Origin: an uncultured bacterium
GTDB taxonomy: Bacteria > Omnitrophota > Gorgyraeia > Duberdicusellales > 4484-171
Assembly (NCBI GenBank): GCA_913050175.1
Contig: CAJXAF010000002.1
Span: forward strand, 185-64,184
DNA: 64,000 bases
Direction of reading: 5' to 3'
Positions 49,794-58,988 of the stretch are shown here, piece after piece. Every line of letters begins with the position of its first letter. Within the stretch, counting starts at the first letter, position 1. The notes below the pieces were generated by a model. It saw only the letters and a list, made by a program, of their open reading frames with translations, searched no databases and was not told the DNA's origin. The position numbers were made by a program, and so were the translations under genes.

Positions 49794-50351
49794 TTATTTT
49801 ACTACCCCATCAACTTTTGTCCAGAAAAATTTATCATTTAGGAAGAAACCAGCACTATGAATGTGCTCTTGAAAATGTAAATTTCCTGAAGAATTAGCTG
49901 TCAGCTTTTGGGGGTAAGTAAACAAAACCTTGCCTCTTTTGGAAACAAAAGCTTTATATGATACCTTCTCTTCCTCAAGAGGAAGAAATGGCATCCTATC
50001 TTCCCACAAATAATAAAATTGAGGTTTAAATTCTCTTAAATTATCGTTTTTCCGGAGATTATTGGTTTTTTTGTGTAAAGCTACTTCTTGATTAAAAAAA
50101 GAATTAACCTTGCCGGTAATAGCTTTAGAAAAATACTTATAGCGTAATTTGTCTGAGGAAAAAAAGGCTTCTTTTGGTAAAGTTTTTACTTTTTCTTTAC
50201 TTAAAAGATCTCTCTTGTTAAGAATATCAGGCCAGACATATATTGCAGGTGTACGTTTAGCGTCAATCTCAAACCTAAAAAATGAAAAAATAAAGACATG
50301 GACAAGAAAAGAAAAAAACAAAACTATCAATAAAGATCTTCTCTGTCTCAT
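49794..50351 (-). CDS. N-terminally membrane-anchored hypothetical protein at the TonB/TolA position of the ExbBD operon
   Basis: 185 aa; single N-terminal TM segment (LLIVLFFSFLVHVFIFSFF) then a soluble domain with no recognisable TonB C-terminal or TolA signature; immediately downstream of exbD. Confidence 0.35.
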   Translation of the reverse strand: MRQRRSLLIVLFFSFLVHVFIFSFFRFEIDAKRTPAIYVWPDILNKRDLLSKEKVKTLPKEAFFSSDKLRYKYFSKAITGKVNSFFNQEVALHKKTNNLRKNDNLREFKPQFYYLWEDRMPFLPLEEEKVSYKAFVSKRGKVLFTYPQKLTANSSGNLHFQEHIHSAGFFLNDKFFWTKVDGVVK

Positions 50352-50426
50352 ACTTACAATTCCCTAACACTGTATATAATTTTTATCCTTAAATATCCCT
50401 GTATTTATCAAAAAAACTATATGATA

Positions 50427-50822
50427 TTAATCGTAAGTAGTTGCAATGCCAATTTTCTCTATGCCGACTTTTTTGCTAATATCCCAGACGCTAACAACAG
50501 TGCCTAAGCTGGCATCTCTATCTGCTTTGATAAAAATAGAATCAAATCCTTTGTTTTGCAAAACTTCCTCCACTTCCTTAATTGTTAGAGGCTTAGAATC
50601 TACATACATAATATCTTCGCTGGAAACAACTATCGTCAATGATCTTGAATCCAACTCCTCCGACGTCACAGCTTTAGGAAGTTTTACATTGATTCCCGGA
50701 ATTACAACAAAGCTAGATGTTAGCATAAAGAATACTAAAAGGAGAAAGACACAATCAATTAAGGGGACAATATCAATCTGATGCAGACCAGCTTCAACTT
50801 TTGCACTTTTTCTAAATTTCAT
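50427..50822 (-). CDS. biopolymer transport protein ExbD/TolR
   Basis: 131 aa; N-terminal TM with the conserved Asp (IDIVPLIDCVFLLLVFFM) and a periplasmic domain. Confidence 0.8.
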   Translation of the reverse strand: MKFRKSAKVEAGLHQIDIVPLIDCVFLLLVFFMLTSSFVVIPGINVKLPKAVTSEELDSRSLTIVVSSEDIMYVDSKPLTIKEVEEVLQNKGFDSIFIKADRDASLGTVVSVWDISKKVGIEKIGIATTYD

Positions 50823-50863
50823 CTATTTCACCTACTAGTAAATGTTTATTTTTTTATGACCCT

Positions 50864-51502
50864 TTATTGGTCTGCATACCTACTCTGAGGTAAGACTTCC
50901 AGCAACTCAGTTGCACCGCGCTCTGACTCTAAAGTAGCAAGATTGACTTTATGAACAAAAAAGTTATACATGATATAACTAGGTATAGCAACACAGAGGC
51001 CAGCAACTGTAGTAAGAAGCGCTACCCAAATACCGTCAGCTAAATCAGTAGGATTTACCATGCCAACCGTAACAGTCTTTTGGGCAATTGTACGAAAACA
51101 AATCACCAGTCCGACAACAGTACCAAGAAGACCGAGAAGTGGTGAAACATGAGAAATAGTGCTTAAGAAATTAAGATTTTTCTCAAGCTTTGGAACTTCA
51201 TATAGAGAAGCATTTTCCATAGATTCACGAATAACATCTTTTGTCTCTTCATAACGAATAAGGCCTGATTTTAAAATATTAGTAGCGTAGAAAGGGTTCT
51301 TCTCGCATAGATCAATTGCTTCGGTTATATTATTTTTGCGAACAAAATCAATGATTTGCGATATAACTGACTGAACGTTTACCTTAACACTCAAATAAAA
51401 AAATATTCTTTCAAAAATTATAGTGACAGAAAATACTGAACATAAAAAAATTGGCAGCATTAGCCACATTAATGAACTGTTCTTAGATATCAATTCCCAC
51501 AT
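50864..51502 (-). CDS. MotA/TolQ/ExbB proton-channel family protein
   Basis: 212 aa; three TM helices with the conserved C-terminal GLLGTVVGL...A motif of TolQ/ExbB. Confidence 0.8.
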   Translation of the reverse strand: MWELISKNSSLMWLMLPIFLCSVFSVTIIFERIFFYLSVKVNVQSVISQIIDFVRKNNITEAIDLCEKNPFYATNILKSGLIRYEETKDVIRESMENASLYEVPKLEKNLNFLSTISHVSPLLGLLGTVVGLVICFRTIAQKTVTVGMVNPTDLADGIWVALLTTVAGLCVAIPSYIMYNFFVHKVNLATLESERGATELLEVLPQSRYADQ

Positions 51503-51561
51503 ATTAACCTCCTTAAAAAAATATAACTTATGCTAACAAAGTGAACCTAAATCCGATTTCT

Positions 51562-54003
51562 TTAACGGACTGATTTTAGTTTCTCTAGTCTCGCTGCTGC
51601 TATCTTAGACTCTTTTACGCCTAAATCTATTATCTTTTGATAAATTTTTTTTGCCTCTGTGAAATTAGCTTCCTTTTCATAAATTCTGGCTATACGAAAG
51701 TAAGACCTGGTTTGATAATACTGCGCATCCTTGGAATATTGTTGACCGCTATCAGGCGAAAACATATAAATAATTTTAAAGTATTCATCAATGGCCTCTT
51801 TGCTCCTGCCGACTTTCTCAAGAGAAGTGCTGTAGGAAAATATTATATCCGGAGAATCAATCCCTTCATCAATAGCTTTTTTAAAGAAATTTATGGCTTG
51901 ACGATGATCTTTCATCTCTTTAAGTAAGTTTGCCTTATTCACTAAGGCAATCTTTGCTATCGGCGAAGATGAATTAATGAGTTCGTTATATATCTTTAAA
52001 GCCTCTACGCTTCTGCCCTTTTGAGCCAAAATTTCAGCTAAATAAAGCTTTCCTTTTATTGCTAACGCCGAATGTGTCTCAACTAACTTGCTAAAGTAAT
52101 CCTTAGCCTTATCCAAATCTCCTATAGACCAATAAAGGTGACCTAAAGAAAGTAAGGCTTCATTCCCCCAGGAATCGTTACCGAATTCATTAACAATCCT
52201 TAGATAATGTTTTTCTGCATCAGCATAATTGCCTTCCTTCTCCTCTAGACCACCTAAATATAACCCCACTGAAGGCCGATATTCTGATTCCGGATAAAGC
52301 TCAAGAAAAGAATTCCATGTTTTTTTAGCGTCTACATTCATCTCCAGATTAAAATAAGTATTACCAATATCAATATAAATAAATTCTTCAATATCTTTAT
52401 CCTTATTTTTTCCTGAGATTGATTTAAAAAGCTCTAATGCTTTAAGAAAGTTTCCCTCGTTAAAAAAACACTTACCATAAAGATAACGGGCCTTATAAAT
52501 ATAGCTATTCTGAGGAAACTTCTCTATAAAATCCTCTAAAAGATTCTTACTTTCAGAGTAATCTTCTTTTGAAAAATAACTTACGGCAAGGTAGTATTGT
52601 GATTGGGGAAGAAGTTTAGAGTCAGGAAATTTTTTTGCCAGATTACGAAGAGCTAAGGAAGCGCTTTTAAGATCCTTTTTTCTTAAAAAAGTAACGCCGA
52701 TTTGAAATTGTATATAATCAGCATATATAGTATTGGGGTAGCTCTTGATAATTTCATTATAAACATCTAAGGCTTGATCATATTGAGCTGTTTCTAAATA
52801 AGTGTCTGCTATTTGAATTTGGGCGCTGATTTTTACCAACACATTATCAGTAGCCTCAAAAGCACTCTCAAAGCCCTCAATTGCTTCTTTAAACTTCCCA
52901 CTTTTTAGATAGCACCAACTCAAACCATATTTAGCCTTATTAATTACATTGGCTTGTTCTTTTTCGTCAAATCTACTTAAAATATCTCTATAGGCAAAAA
53001 TTGAATCATTTAGCCTTCCCATCTCATAAAGTAAGTCAGCTTTGTTTAAATAGATAATAGGGATGAACTTACTCTGGGGGTAAGTTCTTATAAAAATATC
53101 AAAAGTATCCAGGGCTTCTATATGATTACTACTTCTAAAATAGAATACACCTTGAGAAAAAAGACGCAGCTCTTTATCCCTGATTTTATCTATATTTAAC
53201 TTAGCCTCCATTTTATTGTCAATTTCAATATAAGAAAAACCCAAACCCTGATTTATTAAATCCTCTAATTGGATACTAGGCCTCTCAAGCAAGGCCCGCT
53301 TGTGGTTATCTACTGCTAAAGCGTAGTCACCCTCTGCATACGCACCTTCGCCAAGATAGAAAAACGCCTGGGCCCTTAAGCTACCATTAGGAAAATCTTT
53401 AAGATATTGAAGACCTGACGACTTAAGAAGAGAGTTTTTTCTATTGTCAAAACAATATTTAATGAGTTTTAAATATGTGCTGTCAATTAAGTCAGTATCT
53501 TCGGACTCATCAATGATTGATCTTAATAGCTCTATGGCTTCATCTTCATTGCCTAAGGCTAAGTTATTATTAGCAATCAAATAATAACTCCACAGTTTAA
53601 ATTTTGAACTAGGATAGTGCGATATAATTTTCTCAGCATACTCAAGAGATTTTGTAAAGTTTTTACCCTTAAAATGGATTGTTGCCAGCCAGTAGTATAC
53701 CTCCTCTAAGAGTTCATGCAGATATTTGTTGGTTTCTAATTTATTGAGTACTGTTAATGCCTTAGGATAATCCTCGTTATTAAAATGGCACTTTGCTATA
53801 TAAAGTTGCGCTTCATAAAAAAGAGGACTGTCAGGGTATTCCTTGAGAAACTTTTCCAAAAGTGAAAGCGAGGCATCGTAGAAGCCGTCTGAGTAAGCTT
53901 TAACCGCAACATAAAAGCGCTCCTCTCCTTTTTCAAAGCAAAAACAACTATTGCTAATTAGTAATATTAACCCCGTTAGAATAACTATAATTTTTTTTCG
54001 CAT
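51562..54003 (-). CDS. secreted tetratricopeptide-repeat protein
   Basis: 813 aa; N-terminal signal peptide (MRKKIIVILTGLILLISNSCFC) followed by >15 TPR-like repeats (recurring A..Y..G..Y..A...F pattern). Confidence 0.8.
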   Translation of the reverse strand: MRKKIIVILTGLILLISNSCFCFEKGEERFYVAVKAYSDGFYDASLSLLEKFLKEYPDSPLFYEAQLYIAKCHFNNEDYPKALTVLNKLETNKYLHELLEEVYYWLATIHFKGKNFTKSLEYAEKIISHYPSSKFKLWSYYLIANNNLALGNEDEAIELLRSIIDESEDTDLIDSTYLKLIKYCFDNRKNSLLKSSGLQYLKDFPNGSLRAQAFFYLGEGAYAEGDYALAVDNHKRALLERPSIQLEDLINQGLGFSYIEIDNKMEAKLNIDKIRDKELRLFSQGVFYFRSSNHIEALDTFDIFIRTYPQSKFIPIIYLNKADLLYEMGRLNDSIFAYRDILSRFDEKEQANVINKAKYGLSWCYLKSGKFKEAIEGFESAFEATDNVLVKISAQIQIADTYLETAQYDQALDVYNEIIKSYPNTIYADYIQFQIGVTFLRKKDLKSASLALRNLAKKFPDSKLLPQSQYYLAVSYFSKEDYSESKNLLEDFIEKFPQNSYIYKARYLYGKCFFNEGNFLKALELFKSISGKNKDKDIEEFIYIDIGNTYFNLEMNVDAKKTWNSFLELYPESEYRPSVGLYLGGLEEKEGNYADAEKHYLRIVNEFGNDSWGNEALLSLGHLYWSIGDLDKAKDYFSKLVETHSALAIKGKLYLAEILAQKGRSVEALKIYNELINSSSPIAKIALVNKANLLKEMKDHRQAINFFKKAIDEGIDSPDIIFSYSTSLEKVGRSKEAIDEYFKIIYMFSPDSGQQYSKDAQYYQTRSYFRIARIYEKEANFTEAKKIYQKIIDLGVKESKIAAARLEKLKSVR

Positions 54004-54020
54004 TTATTAGTATTTTAGGA

Positions 54021-56828
54021 TTATTTATTTTTAAACTTTTCTTTTAGGAATTTTCCTGTATATGATCTTTTTATTTTAATGACCTCCTCCGGAGAACCGC
54101 AAGCAATAAGCTCTCCTCCTTGGTCACCGCCTTCCGGACCTAAATCAATAATAAAATCAGATGATTTTATTACATCCAGATTGTGCTCAATAACTAAAAC
54201 AGTATTCTTCTTATCTACTAAACGCTGCAAAACAAAGAGCAACTTCTTAACATCATCAAAATGTAGGCCTGTAGTTGGTTCATCAAGGATATAAAGAGTT
54301 TTCCCGGTTGCTCTTTTCCTTAATTGCGAAGCCAATTTTATACGCTGAGCTTCACCTCCGGAAAGTGTAGTCGCTGACTGGCCTAAACCAATGTAACCTA
54401 AACCAACATCTTTAATTGTCTTTAAAATATTCTTAATTCTAGGGAAATTTAAAAACAACTCGTAGGCTTCATCAACATTCATAGCCAAAACACTAGCTAT
54501 GCTATGACCTTTAAATTTTACTTCTAGAGTTTGTTTATTAAATCTTTTCCCCTGACAAACCTCACAAGGTATGAAGACGTCGGGTAAAAAATGCATTTCT
54601 ATTCTCTTGGTTCCTTCACCTGAGCAAGCCTGGCACCTTCCTCCCGAAACATTAAAACTAAACCGCGCTGGCTTAAATCCTCTGGTCCTTGCCTCTGGTA
54701 GCTGGCTAAAAACCTCACGGATAAAAGTAAATACGCCTGTATACGTTGCCGGATTCGATCGCGGCGTCCTTCCAATTGGCGATTGATCTACTATAATAAC
54801 TTTATCAATATTTTCTAAACCGTCAATCTTTTTAAACTTTCCCGGTTTAAGATGAGAGTCGTAGAGGCCTTTAGCGATGGACCGATAAAGAATATCTTCT
54901 ATAAGAGTAGATTTCCCTGATCCGGAAACACCGGTTACACAAATAAAACTCTCTAAAGGTATCTTTACATCTATATTTTTTAAATTATGCTCCTTAGCGC
55001 CCCTTATAAAAAGATAGGGGTTATCTCGATAGATTCGTCTCTTTAAGGGCAAGGGTATAGACTCTACCCCTTTTAGGTATTTGGCAGTTAGAGTATTCTC
55101 TTTAAATATTGCTTCCTTCTTACCGGAAAATACAACTCTTCCTCCATGTATTCCGGCTCTCGGCCCAAGATCGACCAGCCAATCGCAAGCTCCAATCATC
55201 TGCTCATCATGTTCAACAATTATAACCGTATTACCGTTATCCTTTAATTTTTGCAAAGTAGTTATTAGTTTAATATCATCACGTGAATGCAAGCCAATAG
55301 TCGGCTCATCAAGAATATAGATTACCCCTGAGAGGGCTGAGCCAACTTGCGTTGCTAATCTTATTCTTTGGGCTTCTCCACCGGAAAGAGTATTGCTTAA
55401 TCTATCTAAAGATAGGTAAGATAAACCGACGTTATTGCAAAAAGATAAGCGCTCTTTTATCTCCTTAATTATATGTTTTGCTATTTTTTCCTCATACTCA
55501 CTTAATTTTATTTTTGAAAAAAAAGCCTTACACTCTTCTATACTCATACGGACAACATCCCAGATTGACTTGTTATTGATAAATACGGCTAAAGCTTGCC
55601 TTTTAAGACGTTGACCTCGACACTGAGGACAGGAAAGTTTGGACATATACTTAGCGATTTCCGATTTTCTATATTCACTATCGGTATTTTTAAAAGTTCT
55701 TTCAAGGTTAGGTATTACCCCTTCAAAAGGCTTATCCCAGACATCCGTATCTGAATCACCATATAAAATTTTACCCTGTATCTTCTTGGATAACTTTTTA
55801 AACGGCGTATGCATTGAAAAGCCTATTTCGCTTGCTGCTTCGCGAAGTAAAGCTTTATAATACATGATATAACCTTTACCGCCTCTACGCCAAACCTCAA
55901 TTGCCCCTTCATCGAGAGTTTTATTCTCATCAGTTATAATTAAATCAAGATCAAACTCTAGTTTTATACCTAGCCCATTACAAGCCGGACAGGCTCCATA
56001 AGGAGAATTAAAAGAAAAACTACGCGGTTGGAGTTCCTCAAAAGAAATACTACAATGGCTGCAGCTTAACTGGGTATTGTAAAAATATTCTTTTTTTATA
56101 GAATCATCAAAAATAAGACAAAATCCTTTTGAGTATTTAAGCGCCAATTCAATCGAATCTCCAATACGTTTTTTATAGTCAGATCTAACTTTTATTCTAT
56201 CGATAACAATATCAATGGTATGAATTTTATATTTACTGAGTTTGATATCTTCATCTAAATCATAAATATTACCGTCAATACGTACTCTGGCAAAACCCTC
56301 ACGTAAGAGTCTCTTGAAGAGAGCTTGGTGTTGACCTTTTTTGCCGCGAATAACAGGAGAAAGAATCAAAATCTTATGATCCCTAGGTAAACTTAAAACC
56401 CTGTCTATAATTTCACTGGAAGTCTGCTTAGTGATTGGCCGTCTGCACTTATAGCAATGAGATTTACCGATACGAGCATAAAGCAAACGGAGGTAATCAT
56501 AGACTTCAGTTTGAGTGGCTACAATTGAACGGGGTGAACCGCCGGCAGTTCTTTGCTCTATAGCAATTGCCGGAGACAAACCTTCAATATGCTCAACATC
56601 TGGTTTTTGCAGTTGATCTAAAAATTGGCGGGCATAACTTGAAAGGCTTTCAACATAGCGACGCTGACCTTCAGCGTATATCGTATCAAAAGCCAAAGAT
56701 GACTTCCCTGAACCAGAAAGACCGGTAATTACAATTAGTTGGTTTTTGGGAAGCTTGAGATTGATATTTTTTAAATTATGCTCTTTAGCTCCTTTAATAT
56801 CAATATAATTATTCATATTACTTTGCAA
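54021..56828 (-). CDS. uvrA: excinuclease ABC subunit A
   Basis: 935 aa; two ABC ATPase modules (GLSGSGKSSLAFDT; GVSGSGKSTL), ABC signature LSGGEAQR twice, and Zn-finger Cys clusters. Confidence 0.97.
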   Translation of the reverse strand: MQSNMNNYIDIKGAKEHNLKNINLKLPKNQLIVITGLSGSGKSSLAFDTIYAEGQRRYVESLSSYARQFLDQLQKPDVEHIEGLSPAIAIEQRTAGGSPRSIVATQTEVYDYLRLLYARIGKSHCYKCRRPITKQTSSEIIDRVLSLPRDHKILILSPVIRGKKGQHQALFKRLLREGFARVRIDGNIYDLDEDIKLSKYKIHTIDIVIDRIKVRSDYKKRIGDSIELALKYSKGFCLIFDDSIKKEYFYNTQLSCSHCSISFEELQPRSFSFNSPYGACPACNGLGIKLEFDLDLIITDENKTLDEGAIEVWRRGGKGYIMYYKALLREAASEIGFSMHTPFKKLSKKIQGKILYGDSDTDVWDKPFEGVIPNLERTFKNTDSEYRKSEIAKYMSKLSCPQCRGQRLKRQALAVFINNKSIWDVVRMSIEECKAFFSKIKLSEYEEKIAKHIIKEIKERLSFCNNVGLSYLSLDRLSNTLSGGEAQRIRLATQVGSALSGVIYILDEPTIGLHSRDDIKLITTLQKLKDNGNTVIIVEHDEQMIGACDWLVDLGPRAGIHGGRVVFSGKKEAIFKENTLTAKYLKGVESIPLPLKRRIYRDNPYLFIRGAKEHNLKNIDVKIPLESFICVTGVSGSGKSTLIEDILYRSIAKGLYDSHLKPGKFKKIDGLENIDKVIIVDQSPIGRTPRSNPATYTGVFTFIREVFSQLPEARTRGFKPARFSFNVSGGRCQACSGEGTKRIEMHFLPDVFIPCEVCQGKRFNKQTLEVKFKGHSIASVLAMNVDEAYELFLNFPRIKNILKTIKDVGLGYIGLGQSATTLSGGEAQRIKLASQLRKRATGKTLYILDEPTTGLHFDDVKKLLFVLQRLVDKKNTVLVIEHNLDVIKSSDFIIDLGPEGGDQGGELIACGSPEEVIKIKRSYTGKFLKEKFKNK

Positions 56829-56894
56829 TTGGTTTTTAGAATTGATAAGGGTTAAAATTAAGGATTAGGTAACTGAACTTAAATTATTATATCG

Positions 56895-57713
56895 TCAACT
56901 ACCGATTTTAAAAGAAGAAAATAGCTTCCTAAGCAAGTATTGGGTAGAAAGAATGGCTAAAGCACTTGTTTTCGGGTTTAATCGACTAGGCATATTTTCA
57001 ACTTCAATGTTAATCTTAGCTTCCTTTGCCTCTATTCTTATAGAATGAACATTCCTTTTGAGCCGGGGATCTGCTTTTATAATGACTTTCACCTTTTTAA
57101 AGGAAGAAGCCAGGAGGAGCGTAGCAGCTACATTAATATTTTTAGGAAAACACTTAACAGCATCCTTAACACTCCCCTTAAATACTGTTTGAGTGGTTTT
57201 TAGTTTATTTAAATTTATTCGTTTCTTTTTAAGGTAATCAGCACCAACTAAACCTTTAGGAGGTTTAGAAGTTGTTAGGGTTAGGCTTTTTATACCCCCC
57301 AAACTCAAAGCTCCCAGACCATCAGCGCCGCAGATAGCTCCGGAAGGAACATAGATATTTACACCTTTATTACGGGCTTGTGTCAAAATTGATAAGTTTT
57401 TTATAAGAGCACCAACGCTTAAAATTATAACCGGCTTTCCTTTGGGTATTGCTTTTTTTAAAATATAATCAGCTGCTTTAACTGAAGCTGCCTCAATTAT
57501 TAAATCAACCCCATCAATTAACTTATCGATTCTATATACTCTGGGTTTAATGGCAATCTTCTTACGTAAAGCAATGGCCGCTTCTGGATTCATATCAGCT
57601 AAAGCGTAGAGAGACGTCTTCTCCTTTAGCTCTTTAGCAATAAATAAAGCCAGACCCTCGCCAATTGCACCACAGCCAATGATACCAATTTTTACTTTTT
57701 TATTTTTTAACAT
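56895..57713 (-). CDS. nadX: L-aspartate dehydrogenase
   Basis: 272 aa; N-terminal Rossmann IGIIGCGAIG and the DUF108/AspDH C-terminal domain. Confidence 0.7.
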   Translation of the reverse strand: MLKNKKVKIGIIGCGAIGEGLALFIAKELKEKTSLYALADMNPEAAIALRKKIAIKPRVYRIDKLIDGVDLIIEAASVKAADYILKKAIPKGKPVIILSVGALIKNLSILTQARNKGVNIYVPSGAICGADGLGALSLGGIKSLTLTTSKPPKGLVGADYLKKKRINLNKLKTTQTVFKGSVKDAVKCFPKNINVAATLLLASSFKKVKVIIKADPRLKRNVHSIRIEAKEAKINIEVENMPSRLNPKTSALAILSTQYLLRKLFSSFKIGS

Positions 57714-58551
57714 TAATAATAATATTATCTATTAAACGAACATTGTCAATATATATAGCTACAGCTATTAAGGTTTTTCCATTTATCAAATTTAATTTTG
57801 TTAAAGAGTTTGCATCGAGAATTTGAATATAATCAATCTTGACTCGCGCTTTTGATCTTATGAGCTGAGTCATCTCTAATATTATTTTATCGGTATCTCT
57901 TCGACCCTTCCTTATAAGATTCCTGGCTAATGCCAGAGACTGATAAATGCACCTACTCTTTATACGAGCTTTATCATCCAGGTAAACATTGCGGGAGCTC
58001 ATTGCTAAATTATCATCTTCACGAATTATTGGTAGAATCTTAATTTTAATATTGTAATTTAAATCAGCCACTAGCTTTTTAACAATTACCCCCTGCTGGT
58101 AATCTTTTTGACCAAAATAGGCTATATCCGGATTAATAATATTAAAGAATTTAACTAATACTGTAGAAACACCTTTAAAATGTCCGGGGCGAGATTTTCC
58201 GCATAAAACCTTACTAAGCCTATCCTCGTAAACAAAAACAGAAGCGCCCTCTGGATATATTGCAGCCGACTCCGGAAAAAACAATAAATCCACCCCTTCT
58301 TTAAGTAGAGAGGCCCTATCTTGCTTTATCTTACGGGGGTACTTTCTAAAATCCTCTTTTGGCCCAAATTGAAGCGGGTTTACGAAAATACTCACGATTA
58401 AAAAATCAGATTCGGCTCGAGCCTTTCTGATTAAAGATAAGTGACCTCGATGCAGTGCTCCCATAGTCGGAACAAAGCCCAGACACAAACCTTTTGCTTT
58501 GGTTTTAGCAATAAGTTGTCTTGCCTTTTGGGGACTTTTTATTGTAATCAT
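57700..58551 (-). CDS. panC: pantoate--beta-alanine ligase
   Basis: 283 aa; PTMGALHRGHLSL (HIGH-like motif), FVNPLQF, RVKIDY. Confidence 0.9.
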   Translation of the reverse strand: MITIKSPQKARQLIAKTKAKGLCLGFVPTMGALHRGHLSLIRKARAESDFLIVSIFVNPLQFGPKEDFRKYPRKIKQDRASLLKEGVDLLFFPESAAIYPEGASVFVYEDRLSKVLCGKSRPGHFKGVSTVLVKFFNIINPDIAYFGQKDYQQGVIVKKLVADLNYNIKIKILPIIREDDNLAMSSRNVYLDDKARIKSRCIYQSLALARNLIRKGRRDTDKIILEMTQLIRSKARVKIDYIQILDANSLTKLNLINGKTLIAVAIYIDNVRLIDNIIINVKK

Positions 58552-58979
58552 AGTTTTATTTTCTTAACCTTATTCTTAAAATCAGGATATATCTCAAGCA
58601 ATGGCTTCATTACAAATTCCCGATTAAACATTCGCGGATGAGGTATGGTTAAGCTTTGAGTATTGATAATTTTATCTTCATATAAGAGAATATCTAAGTC
58701 CATAGTTCGGGGGGCGTTTTTTTCTCCTCTTATTCTCCCTAAATCTTTTTCAATTTTCAACAAAACTTTTAGCAAATCTTTTGGCTTTAAGGCTGTGCTC
58801 AATTGTAAGACTGCATTCAAATATTTTCCTTGCTGCGGCCCACCTTGCGGCTCAGTCTCAATAATTGAAGAAATACCCTCTATAGCTATTGATGCAATTG
58901 CTTTTAGTTTATCTACAGCCTTTTTTATATTATCTTCCCGTGCTCCTAAGTTTGAACCAATGCCAATAAAAACTCTCAT
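58548..58979 (-). CDS. folK: 2-amino-4-hydroxy-6-hydroxymethyldihydropteridine diphosphokinase (HPPK)
   Basis: 143 aa; MRVFIGIGSNLG...PRTMDLDILLY. Confidence 0.85.
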   Translation of the reverse strand: MRVFIGIGSNLGAREDNIKKAVDKLKAIASIAIEGISSIIETEPQGGPQQGKYLNAVLQLSTALKPKDLLKVLLKIEKDLGRIRGEKNAPRTMDLDILLYEDKIINTQSLTIPHPRMFNREFVMKPLLEIYPDFKNKVKKIKL

Positions 58980-58988
58980 TTATCTTTA

